A DNA stretch of 58,744 nucleotides, counting the filler, from Sphacelaria rigidula (Eukaryota), in NCBI GenBank assembly GCA_964200075.2. It is 4 parts of 4 records of this genome, joined end to end, with 100 filler letters (N's around TTAATTAATTAA, not from the genome) between each part and the next. Parts side by side here need not be neighbours in the genome. Positions count along the whole stretch, not along the records: positions 14,716 to 29,326 come from CAXNAA020002145.1; positions 29,427 to 44,035 come from CAXNAA020002146.1; 2 more parts are not named here. The stretch is one strand, 5' to 3'. The notes under the pieces were generated by a model. That model had not been told where the DNA came from and ran no database searches. It saw only the letters and a program-made list of their open reading frames with translations. The position numbers and the translations under genes were made by a program. Below, piece after piece: positions 23,704 to 36,929 of the stretch (the stretch's first letter is position 1; every line of letters begins with the position of its first letter).

Positions 23704-26700
23704 GCAAGTAGAATATCAGAGAGTGATGGGTGCAGGGAAGGATTGATTCGTTTCTCCTGATTTGTGGTGTCATGAGCTACTTCAGTCTCCGACATGAGTG
23801 GTGACTTTTGTTCTTCACTTCTCTATACATTACACTACTCGGAGACGACAGTCGTTGTGTAACATGTGCGTCGATTCACCCTATCTGTCGAGTGCGTTAG
23901 TTCTGGTGGGTCGCGTCAAAGCGAGTCGTCCCTGTTGCATGCACGTGTTTCATTTGACCACAGCGGGATGCCTCCGTGGCATTGGCTTTTCGGCGTTTAC
24001 GAAGCAGACAAGATATCGCGATCATGATGAATGTTGTGGGTCCCTGCGTGACCCCACGTGACGTTCATTTGACGACCAATGATTTTTGTGTTTCATGAAG
24101 CTGTGCCAGCATTTTTTGTTGAACCTACCGCCCTTAGCAACGTCCAGCGTTCGTTGCAATAAGTTGTGCATGTCGAATTGTTAGCGATAGTAGGCCGCGT
24201 CTAATGTAATTGCTTTCTTGTCATAGTGTCGTATCGTTCAATGTTTTAGTGCGGTGAAGCATGCTGAGTAGGAATAATTTCCGTTTTTTGTGGCTCCTTG
24301 CGTGGGGCAAAACAGCAAACTGCGGTGCTTTGTCCGATACGAGGTCTGCATGAACGTAGGCGGAGAAGGCGGAGAAATGCATGTGTCTCTGAAGAAGCTC
24401 ATTTTTTTATTGCAGACTTTCTGTCCTCGTCAGTGCAGATGAATCAAAGCGAGCACCTTTTTGACGTTGTCGCTAGGTATACTGTGGCTCCACGTTTCAT
24501 AACCGTGTTGGACGACAGCACTGGGGACGGGCGAAAAAATGTAGGACAGGACGGTGCAATTTCATCGTTATTCCCAAAATAAGTAGCGATGCTGAAAGGT
24601 GGAAACAGGCTAGTTCACCCGTTTTCGCTGCTCGATAACAATCATACTCGCAGAGCACACCCTCACATGGCCGTCTTCCTAACGGTCGGTCCCGGGAGGA
24701 CAAAAGAAAAATGCAGCATTTCACCCGAGGTTTGGTGTATTTTTTTGCCATGTGCGTGGCAACAGCATATATACTACAATCGCCTCGAAAGTGTGTAACG
24801 ATCCCGTCATGTAGGAAAGCGTGCCGATCACGACCAAAAAAAGATGTGTTTGTCGCGTACATGTTTCGTGTTCTACTGTGGCACAGCATACCTTCACGCG
24901 TTCGATATGTGTTTCGTGGTTGACCTGGTGTCTATCGATCATATATATATATATATATATATTCGGCTACGAGATGTTAGAGTTGTGCGATTCCGAAAAT
25001 GAGCAGACTCTGGTATTGGCGTTGGAAGGTTCAAAAGGAAGTACAGGCCGCGTCGTCTTTATCTGCGATTGTCACCCAATACTTTGTTATTTTGTTTTTA
25101 CGATCCCACGTGGGTACGTTTTGTCAGACAATTTAGATACGAGCTAGGCTGGCCTCAAAACTGGAATTCCTTTCACAAAACATATCTCGAGAACCGCGGC
25201 ATGTCGCAAAGTGAACGTACCCCTTTCATCGGTAGATGGCCACGCGTGTGGTTGGACAGCTCTTTGTATACTTGATGGTGCTGATATAAGGGAAAAAGTG
25301 GTGTCCCAAAATATCCTGTTACGTGTATGAGTGGAGGCCGTTTTCGGGTACTCTTGTTGCGGTATATCGTGCCAATATTTCAATGCGGTTATCTCGGCAA
25401 TGAAGCGGAGGATTGGACTGCGGTTTGTTGCGTGCGCTTTCCACACACTCAACCTAGGTTGCGTCGTTCCGCGATTGCCTTCGTGCGTGATACTAAGCTG
25501 CACCGAACTAAAACGTACACGAAACGTTTTTTTCAGTTTGTGGGGCTTTTCGGGTCCGCTGTAGCGAATTGAGCAAAGGGGTAACGGCTTGACCTACCTG
25601 GCTTTTGGTTGTATGCGGTCGGCTGTGCAGCGCCGCGAGCCGGCTTGCTTCCTGTGTCGAGAAACTCGCGATAAAAAGTACTATAGCTCTCGTATACTAG
25701 ACCAACTTGTTAAGGGATGAAGCGTGTGTTCTTTTCGTGTTCTGCTCGGCAGAAATGCGACCACGTGATGACGTGTTCATTATTTCTCCGTGTTTTGTTT
25801 GATTATCTCCGGAGAAGGTTTGTGGAGTCTCGAGGGCCCCTCTGACACCCACAACTGTCTTGAGTGCAGGGCAAAACGGTGGTCTGATGGTCAGACCGTT
25901 ACCGTCAGGGTGCAAAGGACAAGGGTTCGGTTTCGGTCAGACACGTTGTTCTCCCTTCTTCGAAATACATGGTTTCCATCGGCGTATCAAACGTGAGTAC
26001 GTGAGGAGACATGGATTGATCCCTTGAGACCATTAGACCACTAGACCATGGACTCATCGCGTGTGTCAATAGAGAGTGGAAAAAACAAAGGGTCTTGTGC
26101 CGTAATATACTACGTTTAATGAAGCACGTGCCTAGACATTCGCCAGGAGAATATACTCGCGATTCTGCCGCGTATGATCGCAATGATACGGCGATTAAAT
26201 ATCTTGGACGTATACTCAGCGTGATGTACCCGCTGGGTCTGCGGTATCCACATGCGCGAGTCCCACATTCCTACCATGTGCCTTGTACTTCCTGTACTAC
26301 ACACAGCATTCGCTTGGCTGCTGACACTCTCTTCGGACCAATATTATTGTTGGAACGTCATCGTCACATCAAAGCTCTCGTGGTACGGGTATCAAGTTCC
26401 AAGGAGAAAACAGGGAGGTTACAGATGTTACTCGCCGGGCGATATATCACGGTTAAGGCGAATCATCGCCGGTTCGAACCACAAAATCCACCATTTTCTA
26501 GGCCTGATTGGTCGAAAGACAGGAGAAAAGATTGACCGCTGGTAAAAAAAAGGTCTCTACGCAACTTCTGTGCCATTCCACGCGCCTGGGCTGCGCATAC
26601 CTAGGTTGCAACGCTGAAAACAAGGCGTAAGGATTGATTCGTACGGTATGAATCAGTCACACTGAACTCGAGTAATTTCCAGACGAATGGTAGATTCGTC

Positions 26701-28327
26701 CGACCCTTGCAATAGATTTCTCTTCGATGATCGAAATAGTGCACTGTTGGAAGTCTCCGACGACATTTTTGCGACGACCAAAAAAGCATGCACTTTTATC
26801 CACAAAATATACGGAAGAGTTCGAAAATTCGCCCTTCTGTGAGTTCAATTTTGCCAGGCTGTACGTATCTCGTGAATTTGACAATTAGGAAACTTGCTGC
26901 ATTTCTTTCGACGTTTTTGGTTGCGGGTTGTGGGGAAAAGGTAGTGTTGCGAAAGTCTCGAGGCAAAATCAAAATGTGTTTCCGAAACTCCATTACATTT
27001 GTGTGGATTCAAGTGAACGTACTCTTGGTCGTGGCGAAAACGTCGCCCGACATTTCCTGAAGTTCCAGCACTTTCCATCATCGAAGGGTAATGGCCATGA
27101 AGAATGCATCCCCCCTATGACTTGACGGCGCCGCCCAGTATCATTTACATTTATCGGTGCCTCACGGTGAAAAATGGCTGGGAGACGCACATCAGATCAC
27201 CCTGCACGGACCGTCATCGATACATGGAAGCAGTCGGGGTCATTGATTTCTGGTACTCAAGAGGAAACAGACTGGTGGTACACATCCGCCTTTACGTATC
27301 AAAATTGATGAACCCTTCGACCGGCAGGGTTGATATCCTGTTGAATTGGCAATTGAGCTCGAGGAATGAAGACAAGACGTAAATGTTCATGTACACAGCG
27401 CTCGCTAGTGTAATCAAATTTCGATCATGTGTTTTTTTAGGCTTTCAAATAGGAGCAAGCATAGCCTAGTCTCCACATACTCCAGGTCCGTCGTATGTTC
27501 AGTCGTTCAGTCAGTAGTTATAATACGTAAGGTTGGGCTGCCTTTCTCGATAGTGTGCATGGATTTCAAACAGGAAAAAGAGAAAATCAAGAAGAACAGG
27601 GAGGGGAAGAAGAAAAAAAAACAGAAAATTGTTTTGTGTGGGGTGTTTGGGGTGTTCGGGGTGTTTTTGTTTTTGGCACACGGGAAGGACAAGATGATTC
27701 CAGATGCACCAGGTGACATTTGTTGGCTCTGCATACGAAATGCATTATTGCCGTTCCTCGCGCCTTGTGGGGCAACATCGATACATCTTGTGCCCACCTC
27801 CGCAGTGGTGTCCGTAGTGTGTAATACTGCCTACAATCGGGACGGCTTCATTTTTCGCGGGCTGTCGTTGTTTTCGTGCCACATGGTGAGGCATTATACG
27901 CACATTCTTCGTTGAGAATAGTACGTGCATGGGATGCTGGCGGCGATCAATGGTCTACTTCGAAGGCACCACGATGCTTCGCAAGTTTCTTCGTCAAACA
28001 CAACATCTACGGGTTCATATCTTCAGTGAAGCGTGGGTGTCTTTGTACCAGGAATGTTCGATCCTATGGGGTTTGGGGGGTTTTCCGGTGACCACGTCTT
28101 TATCATGGCTTCTGTTGACCCCAAACTCTGATAATTGAAAAGCACAGGGACTCGATACAAGTTTCGAGGAGACGGATATGACCTGCGACCAATTTTGAAC
28201 GACATACGGACTCACCCGTCTCCGAGGGTCCTACGAGTGTACAGCCCCCGGTTCTTGCTCGTTGACATCATTGTTCGACCGAACCCATCCGGGTCGTGAA
28301 CGTGAACCATCACATGGTCTCAGTTTG

Positions 28328-29326
28328 TTTTTCTTTCTCGATGCTCATTGCGCTACGACCAAAAACCGTGTGTTCTGGGCCATATGCGGTCAATGACACA
28401 CCCTCGATAAACGGGGTTTTACTCCGTATCGTTCCGACACAACAAAATGTCCGGAACACGACCTTCTTTTTCTTTCATCGTCTACCCACTGTCAAACTCT
28501 CGAGTAGAGGCGGCAAATTGCCTTTGAAATGTAACACAATGTAGTGATTACGGTAGTCAAAGTTTGACTACTGCAGTGCAGATTGCGCCATGTTTTACTT
28601 ATTGTGTCTGTCACTCGCAGGCTTCACTCCGCTCCGGAGGAGAAGAAGCCCGGCGCGTAGCCGAGAAACAGGTATACCCACAACGTTCACAGCGACCACT
28701 GACTACGAGGTGAAGCAACCGGCGGCAGTCCACAGGGCTTACAAGTATTTCTTGCGGCTGGTAAATGATCCGTTTAGCTAGTCATTTTTCCGCGCTGTCC
28801 CCTTTTGCTCGGCACAGGTGATATCCCCGAAGAGCTGGGACTGCTTTACTGCTCCAGAGTATCTGTACCTGAGCGGAAACCGGCTAACAGGTGAGCTGCT
28901 TGAACAATGTCTCGCCAGTATTGGGTGATGGCCGGAAGCTAGCATGCAAGTACTGTGTCTCTGTCGTAGACTCTGCCTCGCCGAGTGCGAGGCGTTTTAC
29001 CATGTACCTGGCCAGATACGCTGTTATCTTCTGGTATTTGGGCGGTGCCCGTGGTCGCTTTTGGGGAAGAAAGTATCAGGATGAGCTGGGCCCACCAGGC
29101 ATTGTCTGCTCTGTACAGCAAAATTAGCCAGGAGTGTCTCGTCTTTCATCTTTCTGCTGGGGTGACGTGCATGTCGGAGCACTTGCCCTTTGACGAGTTT
29201 TTTTCTTTCTCGATGCTCATTGCGCTACGACCAAAAACCGTGTGTTCTGGGCCATATGCGGTCAATGACACACCCTCGATAAACGGGGTTTTACTCCGTA
29301 TCGTTCCGACACAACAAAATGTCCGG
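28328..29326 (+). repeat. Exact 127-bp direct repeat (28328-28454 and 29200-29326), 872-bp period, flanking the LRR exon
   Basis: tttttctttctcgatgctcattgcgctacgacc...acaacaaaatgtccgg occurs identically twice. The second copy is cut by the scaffold end. Confidence 0.92.
28818..28890 (+). pseudogene. Single LRR exon with a 1-nt insertion (73 nt)
   Basis: CACAG|gtgatatccccgaagagctgggactgcttTactgctccagagtatctgtacctgagcggaaaccggctaacag|GTGAGC. Removing one T gives (G)DIPEELGLLTAPEYLYLSGNRLT(G). Confidence 0.8.
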
Positions 29327-29426
29327 NNNNNNNNNNNNNNNNNNNNNNNNNNNNNNNNNNNNNNNNNNNNTTAATTAATTAANNNNNNNNNNNNNNNNNN
29401 NNNNNNNNNNNNNNNNNNNNNNNNNN
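29327..29426. other. Artificial scaffold linker
   Basis: Same structure as 14616-14715. Confidence 0.97.
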
Positions 29427-30440
29427 CGCCTGCCTGCTCTTCGGCTTCATGCACGAGTACGCAGTACCACACTCATGCAAAAAATGACCGTCTGTGTACA
29501 GACCGTTTCACAAATCTGTGATACAGTACTGTCTGTACCATAAAACGGTCCCCCCGATTCGAGTTCACGAATTTGAGTCCCTCCGATTTTTTCGAAATCG
29601 AGGTCTCACAAAATCGAGATTCGTTTGCCATTAAAGTGGGTCTGACATGTGCGCATTAATACTGCCGCATGCGGCAGGCAGAGCAGGCAGCATTGTACTG
29701 CTCAGTTCTGTCTGTACTGCACGTTGCCGACGTCATATTTATTGCAGCCGTTGTACTACTGGCAAACTAACATTTCCATCCTCCTGTACTACTGAATGCG
29801 GAAGTACAAGCCATGTACTGTCTGCACTGCACGTCGTCCAAACAAATCATTTCCGGCAGCCGTTGGGTGCAGCATGGCATGTGGATGCCACGGTTTAATG
29901 CGGCAGTGCAGACAAGACGGTACTGCCTAATGTTGTCTGTATTGTACGTTGTCCACATATCTCACGTTGTACGCATCATTTTTACTGCAGCCGTAAGTGC
30001 TACTGCTGTGTGCAAACTGACACCCACAACTCACTGCATGAGACAGCACAGACCGTATTCTGTAATCTCTGCGCTGAGTACTGTCTGTGCTACAGGCTTT
30101 CGAGAGCACGACCGATGTCATATAATAGATCATCAACCGCTGACGACATCTCGCGTGCGCCGGGATGGCGAAGCAAAGTTTGGTCCAGTGTGTAAACGGC
30201 GCTGGGAATGTTCGGCGTTGCTGTCGGGAGAGCCCCGCAGATGTCGAAGGGCACAAACATATTCAGGGCTGGCGGGCGTTGCTAGTCTCGCCGCGCCGCG
30301 AATGATGAAAACGGGGCAAAAATACAATCGATCTCGTCTCTTATTGTTTAAAAAAATACAAGCTAGGAGGGCACATCTCGTAAAATTCCTCTCGTCTTGT
30401 ACTTTTTTCCCGAGGATCTCGTGAAAAAAAAGCTAGGAAA

Positions 30441-30549
30441 AGGGCCACACAAAAAAGCGCCATCAATCCGGGATCCCGTGTCCCCTGCCACTGCTCCAAC
30501 CATGCAAGCGATTATACTGAAACCTACGGCTTGGTATCATTTGGCTACA
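30441..30549 (-). repeat. 3' LTR (truncated)
   Basis: Aligns to 35856-35964 with about 12 mismatches over about 109 nt (counted by eye). The distal part is replaced by another repeat. Confidence 0.85.
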
Positions 30550-33500
30550 GCACCCTCGAAGCGAGTTCAAGACAAACGAACGAGCTTGATAATCAACAAT
30601 AACCAAGGCGACATCGCATGCGCCAGATCACAAAGAAACACCATACTCAGACGCTAATTTACTTGTCAGCGCCCGACTCGAGCGTAGTTTACGCAGTTCC
30701 TTCAAAACAAATATAGGCGCAGAATAATGAATCTTGCGAAGAGACTCCCACGTACGTTCTTCAGCACCGAACCCGTCCCAATCGGCCAAAACAATAACAT
30801 CACCATTGTCATCCTCAACGACGTGCACCAAAGCATTCATCCGACTTTCGCCTCGAGCATAAGAATGCAAAACTACATCTTCTAGTAACGCAGTGATGTG
30901 CAACTGCGAGTCAGCGTAGAAACGCAAATGAGCGACATGGGCGGCGTGTACGGCGCCAGAAACAATGTTTTGTACCAAATACACGTGAGCGTGATCGGCT
31001 CCGACCACTCGCCACGGACCTATCCATGTGACCATCTACTTTGGCGTCACATCTTACCGACGAACACAGCCATACAAGGCGAAATCTCCGACAGCAAACG
31101 TGGGCTACACAGCCTGGCCCTGAGCAAGCTTGCGTTTGGCTTCGCGAGACACCGCGACAGCAGCTTGCACTCCGTTACAAAACCACACTTGCTCGTCAAT
31201 GATGCCTCGAACCTTGTCACGCAACGAATCAGAATCCATGGCATCGATGTTCCACTCGCCGCCAGTGACAGAAGCCAGCGCGGAAAACGCTGTACACGGC
31301 GAACACCCAAACATCACACAACACGGAGGGTTACGGTAGCGTTCACAAAAAGAAGTATTCAGCGCCCGCTGAGCGGCTGGCAAAAAATTAACCCGTTCAG
31401 ACACCGGCCGTCTCTGTTCCGACAAAATGAACCGCAACCCACGAATAACCTATTCCACCATGCGTTCACAAGCACCATTCGACGAAAGGATATACGCAAC
31501 ACCAAATTGGTGCTGCACCTCGAGCGCGTCGCTCAGCTGCGCGATCACTCCGTTCTTGAAGTGTGTAGCGGTATCACTAACCCACACACGCGGCACTCCC
31601 AGAGTCTTGCACCAATAGAGTAAGTGCTTAGCCGTAACCTCGGCGGTGCAAGCCTCGGTCGGCTCCAACCAAACGAAATTGGATAAATCATCCATGATAA
31701 CCAAAACGTACGGCAAACCATCCTCATCAGGCAAACCACAAACACCTTCAGGTCCGCTACTTCCGACGTACAGAAAATCAAAGTGAACAACTTCACCTGG
31801 CGCTGTACCATGCACAGTATCGCCACAGGACGACGTACAATTGCACCAGGACGAGTGTCTACACAATGCAAACACTGGCAAACGAACTCGCTAACGCCAT
31901 GTGAGGCCACACACAGTATTCTTTCAAACGAAACAAAGTCGGCGCCAAACCACGGTGACCAGCCGACCGCATGTGAGCGCACACCATCAAGCGAGTTTGT
32001 AAAGCCTTATCATTCGAGGGAATTCACGGAACATCACTACTGCCAACACGCAGGCGAAACAAACCATCGTCAGCCAAGGCAGCTTGACCGAAAGTCGTAG
32101 GAAAAGAATGAACACCATCGCCGACTGTTTTGCGCTGCGCGGTACGAATGACATCTAAAGAGGGCAGCGAATCATCGGCTTTAAACGGGCCGTACACGGC
32201 AACGGAACGAACAGGCACGGTAGAAACCTTCACCCAGCGAGACAACAAACCTCTCCAACAACTGCGCTCTCCAGAAATGTGTTCGATGGCATACCAATAT
32301 TGGTCGAGCACATCTTTCCAATTCAAGTCGTTGTGCCATGGGCTTCGTCATCGATGTGACACACTCTTCGGGGTGAAAAATGTATTTCAGATTGCGATGG
32401 TCGATGAAAATGCGAACACCACCCCGAAGCAAGTACTCTAGCCTGCGAAATGTATTGACTATCGCGAAACGTTTTTTGTCCACTGTCGTCCAACGCAACT
32501 GTGAACCCTAGAAACGACCACTCAGAAAAGCCAACGGTTCGTGTGACATGTTTTCGAGCACAATGCCACTACACTCAGCGACAGGCACTTGCGTGAGAAA
32601 ACTACCCCAGTGGGAATTCGAAGCATCTGGAAACATCAGAACAACGCACCCTAGACGAGGATGATACAGTGGCACCGCTTGCGCCACCAAATCTGGCGCA
32701 GCACGCCATGCCTGCACACGATCCTCCGTCCAAGCGTCCTCCCGGATGTTAAGATTACGCGCCACCCGCTTGGTGCGACGCGAAGCCCCGACCATACGTT
32801 GTTCCGAAAATACACGAAGCGGCGCAACTATTTCCGCCATGCGCGGGAGCGAAGTCCGCAACCAATCCACCGCCTGCAGAAATTGCATCAGCTCACCAGC
32901 GGTTTAAGAACGTCGCATATTGCTCAAACCTTGGATGCGGACGGGATCATGCGAAGCAGTACCCTTGACGTACACCTTACCACACCAAACCACTTCGCGG
33001 GCAAAAACGTGCACGTATGCGCAGCGACGAACAGACCAACACTCTCCAAGCGGCCAATAATTTCGTCAAGCAAAGCTTACAGTGCTTCTTCGGTTCCAGC
33101 AAAGTAGTAAACGTCATCCACCAACACTTTGCAGTTCAGATCTCGCAAAATGTCAGCACGTCAGCACACCTCGGAAATACGCCGTGGCGTTAAACACGCC
33201 CTGCGGGGCACGAGTAGGCGTAAACAAAGCGTTAGGCGTGGCGATCGTGAAGATCTTCCCTGAGCCTCCGGCGCCCGAGCCGTCTGCTAATACCCCTGTA
33301 GCAGGTCCAACTTGCCGAAATATTGGGCTGCCAGCAACTCCCGCATGTCTTCTTGGCTTGGCATCACCCCCGGAGACTGTTCCACTTATGCGTTCACCGC
33401 CTGATAGTCGCTGACCAAACGGGGTGTGCCCCCCTTCGGTACCGCAATCGCCGGACTTGCCCACACAGCCTAGATGTTCCCAACCACTACACCAAACGCC

Positions 33501-35797
33501 ACCAGAGCTGCGATGCATGACGCAAGCCACCCGGTCTTCACCGGATCATAACGTCGGGGCTTGGCCTCCACAGCCTTTGCCTGTGGCTTGAGGTGCACCC
33601 TCATGGGCTCCACGCGCGCTGGCGGGTCACCACGCAGCGCACGGCGAAAGGTATCCACGCGACGAGCCAAAATATATCACGCAGACAATGTGCGCTATCG
33701 GCGCTCAAGCCCTCCTGCTCGACCTGCTGCACGCTGTGCTCTAGCGCATGTTCTCTTGCACCTCTCTCCGCCACTGGGTCCATGAACAAACATGTCGGGC
33801 CTCCGATCGACCCAGCGCTCCACCGCTGCATTCGCAGAAGCCTCCTCATCATTGGCGCTCTGGAATGACCTTATGGATACGGTCACACGCCTCGCAGCAA
33901 GATAGCTGGGGTTTTCCACGCCGGTTTGCACCGGCACAGCACGCGGGCGTAACGAATCCAACGCCAGCGAATAAGAATCAATCCCGAGCTCCTTCATCGT
34001 CGCCACCCCAAACAGATCCACGTTGTCCCTGCCGAGCATGACAGTGAAGGTGATGGGCTGCAACTCCACGGCCTGCCACGGTGTACGTACGCCAACAGCA
34101 ATCGGCACCGTATGATGTGTAACCGTGACGAGAGCACCCGTGGTGGTCTGTGCCGTTTGCGGTCCATTTTCGAACGGAATCTGCGGCTGAGCGGCGCCGA
34201 GCTGCGAAGACATTTGTTCCAGCAGCCCCATGCCTATTGACGTGATCGCGGACCCAGAATCCAGAATAACGCGGACCATGAAGGAATCTACGGAACCAAG
34301 CAAGGAAAGATCTGTGCGTAAACATTCTGCCTTGCGATCAACGGTACCACACCTGCCGAAGAACCCTGGTCAGTACCAGGAGTCACCTGACGCCAGGGCT
34401 GCGCTCCAGCACTTGACATCGGTAGATGAGAATCGGCGGTCCACCCAGACCACGTCACCGATTTTGTAGACGGTGGTGCTACAGCCATCGCAGCAGTAGG
34501 AGATGCACCAGACACGGATCCTGCCTGGCCGAGGGGTTGCAAACTATTCGCTCCAGCACTCCCCACCGAAGTATTTGCATTTCCTACGTACACTATCCGC
34601 CCCGACATGGACGAACCAGAAGATCCAGCGTCACCACCTGATGACGTAGTGGGAAAAACAGCAGCGGAGGAACCATCATCCGCCGCCGATTGGTTGCTAA
34701 CGCAGCCACCGCACCCGCGTCCATGGTTGGCACGGCCCCGTCCACCGTGACGACCGCCTCGAGATCCCGATGAATCTCGCGCATTGCCCTGAGCAGCGCC
34801 TCGAGCGCGAGGTTTGGGGCAGTCCTTAATCAGGTGTCCGTTGTCACCGCGGTTGTAACACGCGCGAGTGGACGACGCTCGCGAAGAGGGCTGTGGTCTC
34901 TGCTGCTATTGTTGTTTGCGGCGCGCACCACCTGCACTTCGTCTACATACGTTAGTACCCTTCTAACATATGCCTTGAACTTCGGAGGCGAAATCTTGTC
35001 TACCAAAGCTGTGGAAACCGACTCTGTCGGGCCAGACAACCAGCTCCTGTCCTCCGCACGGTACATGGGTTGCACGGTGAGATTTTCTGCAAAAAACGTT
35101 TCCATTGATGAATTGACCATCATTGCTCTGTACTTGAGGGATGTTCCACCGCTTTGTGGCATAGGAAGAACTCCACGTAGGTCTGCTGCAGCCCGCGCTT
35201 TGTCATGCTTGCCGCTGGTTGTGGTGTGCCCGGCGTGCTGCTTCACAGCATCTAGCTATTTGTCGGGGGTCATAGAGCGATGGCCCTTGTACATTCCTTG
35301 AAAGCATCGATGAACATATATTGGGATAAGTTGTTCGATTCACACCCTGGCATGCCGTATGACCCCTTGTGTATTTGCGAGGTACAACCTCTATGTAGTC
35401 GAGATATGCTACGTAAAAACCTCTTGATGCTTTCTCGGTCCACGCGTCGCCATACTTCGGCGGGTCTAGCGGCTCACCTAACACCAGCGGCGCTGCCGCC
35501 GCTCGAGTCATGTCTAGCATTCACACACTTCACGGAGAGACTCTTGCCTGACTTGTGCGTCCACCAGCCCACGGAGCGTCCGCCACTGCTGTGCGCTTCA
35601 AGCTGTCTCCTTCCGACTGCGGGCCAAACTAGCTTCCAGCTGCCGCCCCTCTCCTCAGCCAAACTCCTCCAACAGAGCGCCGAAAAGAAATATCTAGATA
35701 TTTTAGCCTCTGCCAGACGATCTGGACAAAAGGACTTTCAACGGGGGACTCCTCCAGTATCACTGGCCTCGTGCTCGACAGGTCCTTTCTTCTAACT

Positions 35798-35964
35798 TGT
35801 TACGATATTATCACGGGGTGATCCTCAACAGATCACATCACGAGCCAGAGAGCAAGGGGCCACACAGACAAGGGCCACTAATCCAGGATCCCCGGTCCCC
35901 TGCCACTGCTCCAACCATTCATGCGATTATACTGAAACCTACGGCTTAGTATCATTTGGCTACA
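35798..35964 (-). repeat. 5' LTR (about 167 bp)
   Basis: On the minus strand it reads TGTAGCCAAATGATAC...ATATCGTAACA, with canonical TG...CA ends. The 35798 boundary is inferred from the CA end because the 3' copy is truncated. Confidence 0.8.
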
Positions 35965-36929
35965 GTTCTTGACAATATTTCAACGTTTCTCCGTTCTCTA
36001 CGGGCTTTCGGGGTTCCCAGAATGAAGACCCCCGGAAAGCGGTACGGAATGTCTCGAAAGAGAAAGACTAAAATGATGCGTCTCGGGATAGTCCAAGGAA
36101 CCCATGTACAAGGTTTGGTCGAGAAACTCGAAAACCTCCTACAGTTTTTCTTGCTTTGACGTGGAATTCGCCCCCAAAAGACGTTTCATACTAAAGACAA
36201 GTAGTCAGGAGTTTGCATGTTTCAAGCTCATGTCCTCGCGCAACGCGCTAAACTTCACGCCGCTGGACATGTGCACAAATGTGCTATGGATCATCACGCA
36301 ACTTTCGGTGCACGAGGTTTGATTTCATCTTGATATTTTTACCGTTTCTCGGGAGTCGGGCGGGATTCAAGTATTTTTTTCGAAGTACTCTGCATTCTGG
36401 GACCCCGCAAAACCGGCACTGTACATTTTCTTCACTTGTTTCGCAAACGAGCTGTCGCCACATAACCCCGAAAGGGTCCCCACAAAGTTTCGTGGCCAAA
36501 CTTGACTAGCTGATGCTGGAATTTTCATATTCACGCCACAGGAGGCCCAAAAACTCAATTTTCTTACTAAAATCAAGTCGTTTGCGCTTCCAACGTTTCG
36601 CGGAAAATTTTGTCGAACAAACGCGCAACATTTCACGCCGTTTTCAAAAGTTAGATTTTGAAGTTTTGCGCAAATGTACTGTGCGACATTATACAACTGT
36701 AGATGGGTGAGTGTTTTCCTTCTCGTTTGCCACTGTTGGGGATCCCACGGGATCCAAGTTTCCCCGAAAGACTTGGGACCCCCGAAAACGTTCAAACTAA
36801 AAATGCAGAGAAACCTTGACCTTTGAAAGCTGCGTAATGACTCGTAACACATTTGTACAAAATGTCAGGGTCTAACTCCGACAAAACGTCTTGACCTTTT
36901 GCCGATGAGCGTTTTCAGTCGGATAAGCG

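Larger units (their letters stand above)
30441..35964 (-). mobile_element. Decayed Ty3/Gypsy LTR retrotransposon with C-terminal chromodomain
   Basis: Minus-strand order: gag-like (about 35520-34830), aspartic protease (VILDSGSAIT, about 34270), RT (RLVSDY, FGKLDLLQGY, PTRAPQGVFNATAYF, KVLVDDV), RNase H (MFPDAS...HEPLAFLSGRF, FIDHRNL), integrase (LHCVD, HFDFLYV, MDDLS, VSDTATHF, NGACERM) and chromodomain (LADWDGFGAEERTWES). Many stops and frameshifts; terminal direct repeats present. Confidence 0.95.

Noticed and set aside
29427..30440. 203-aa ORF 29813..30424 as a gene
   Set aside because: It lies in low-complexity TACTG/CTGTA-rich repeat sequence that truncates the 3' LTR; no protein features.
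30898..31623. 241-aa plus-strand ORF and other plus-strand ORFs in 30900-35800
   Set aside because: Antisense to Gypsy gag-pol.
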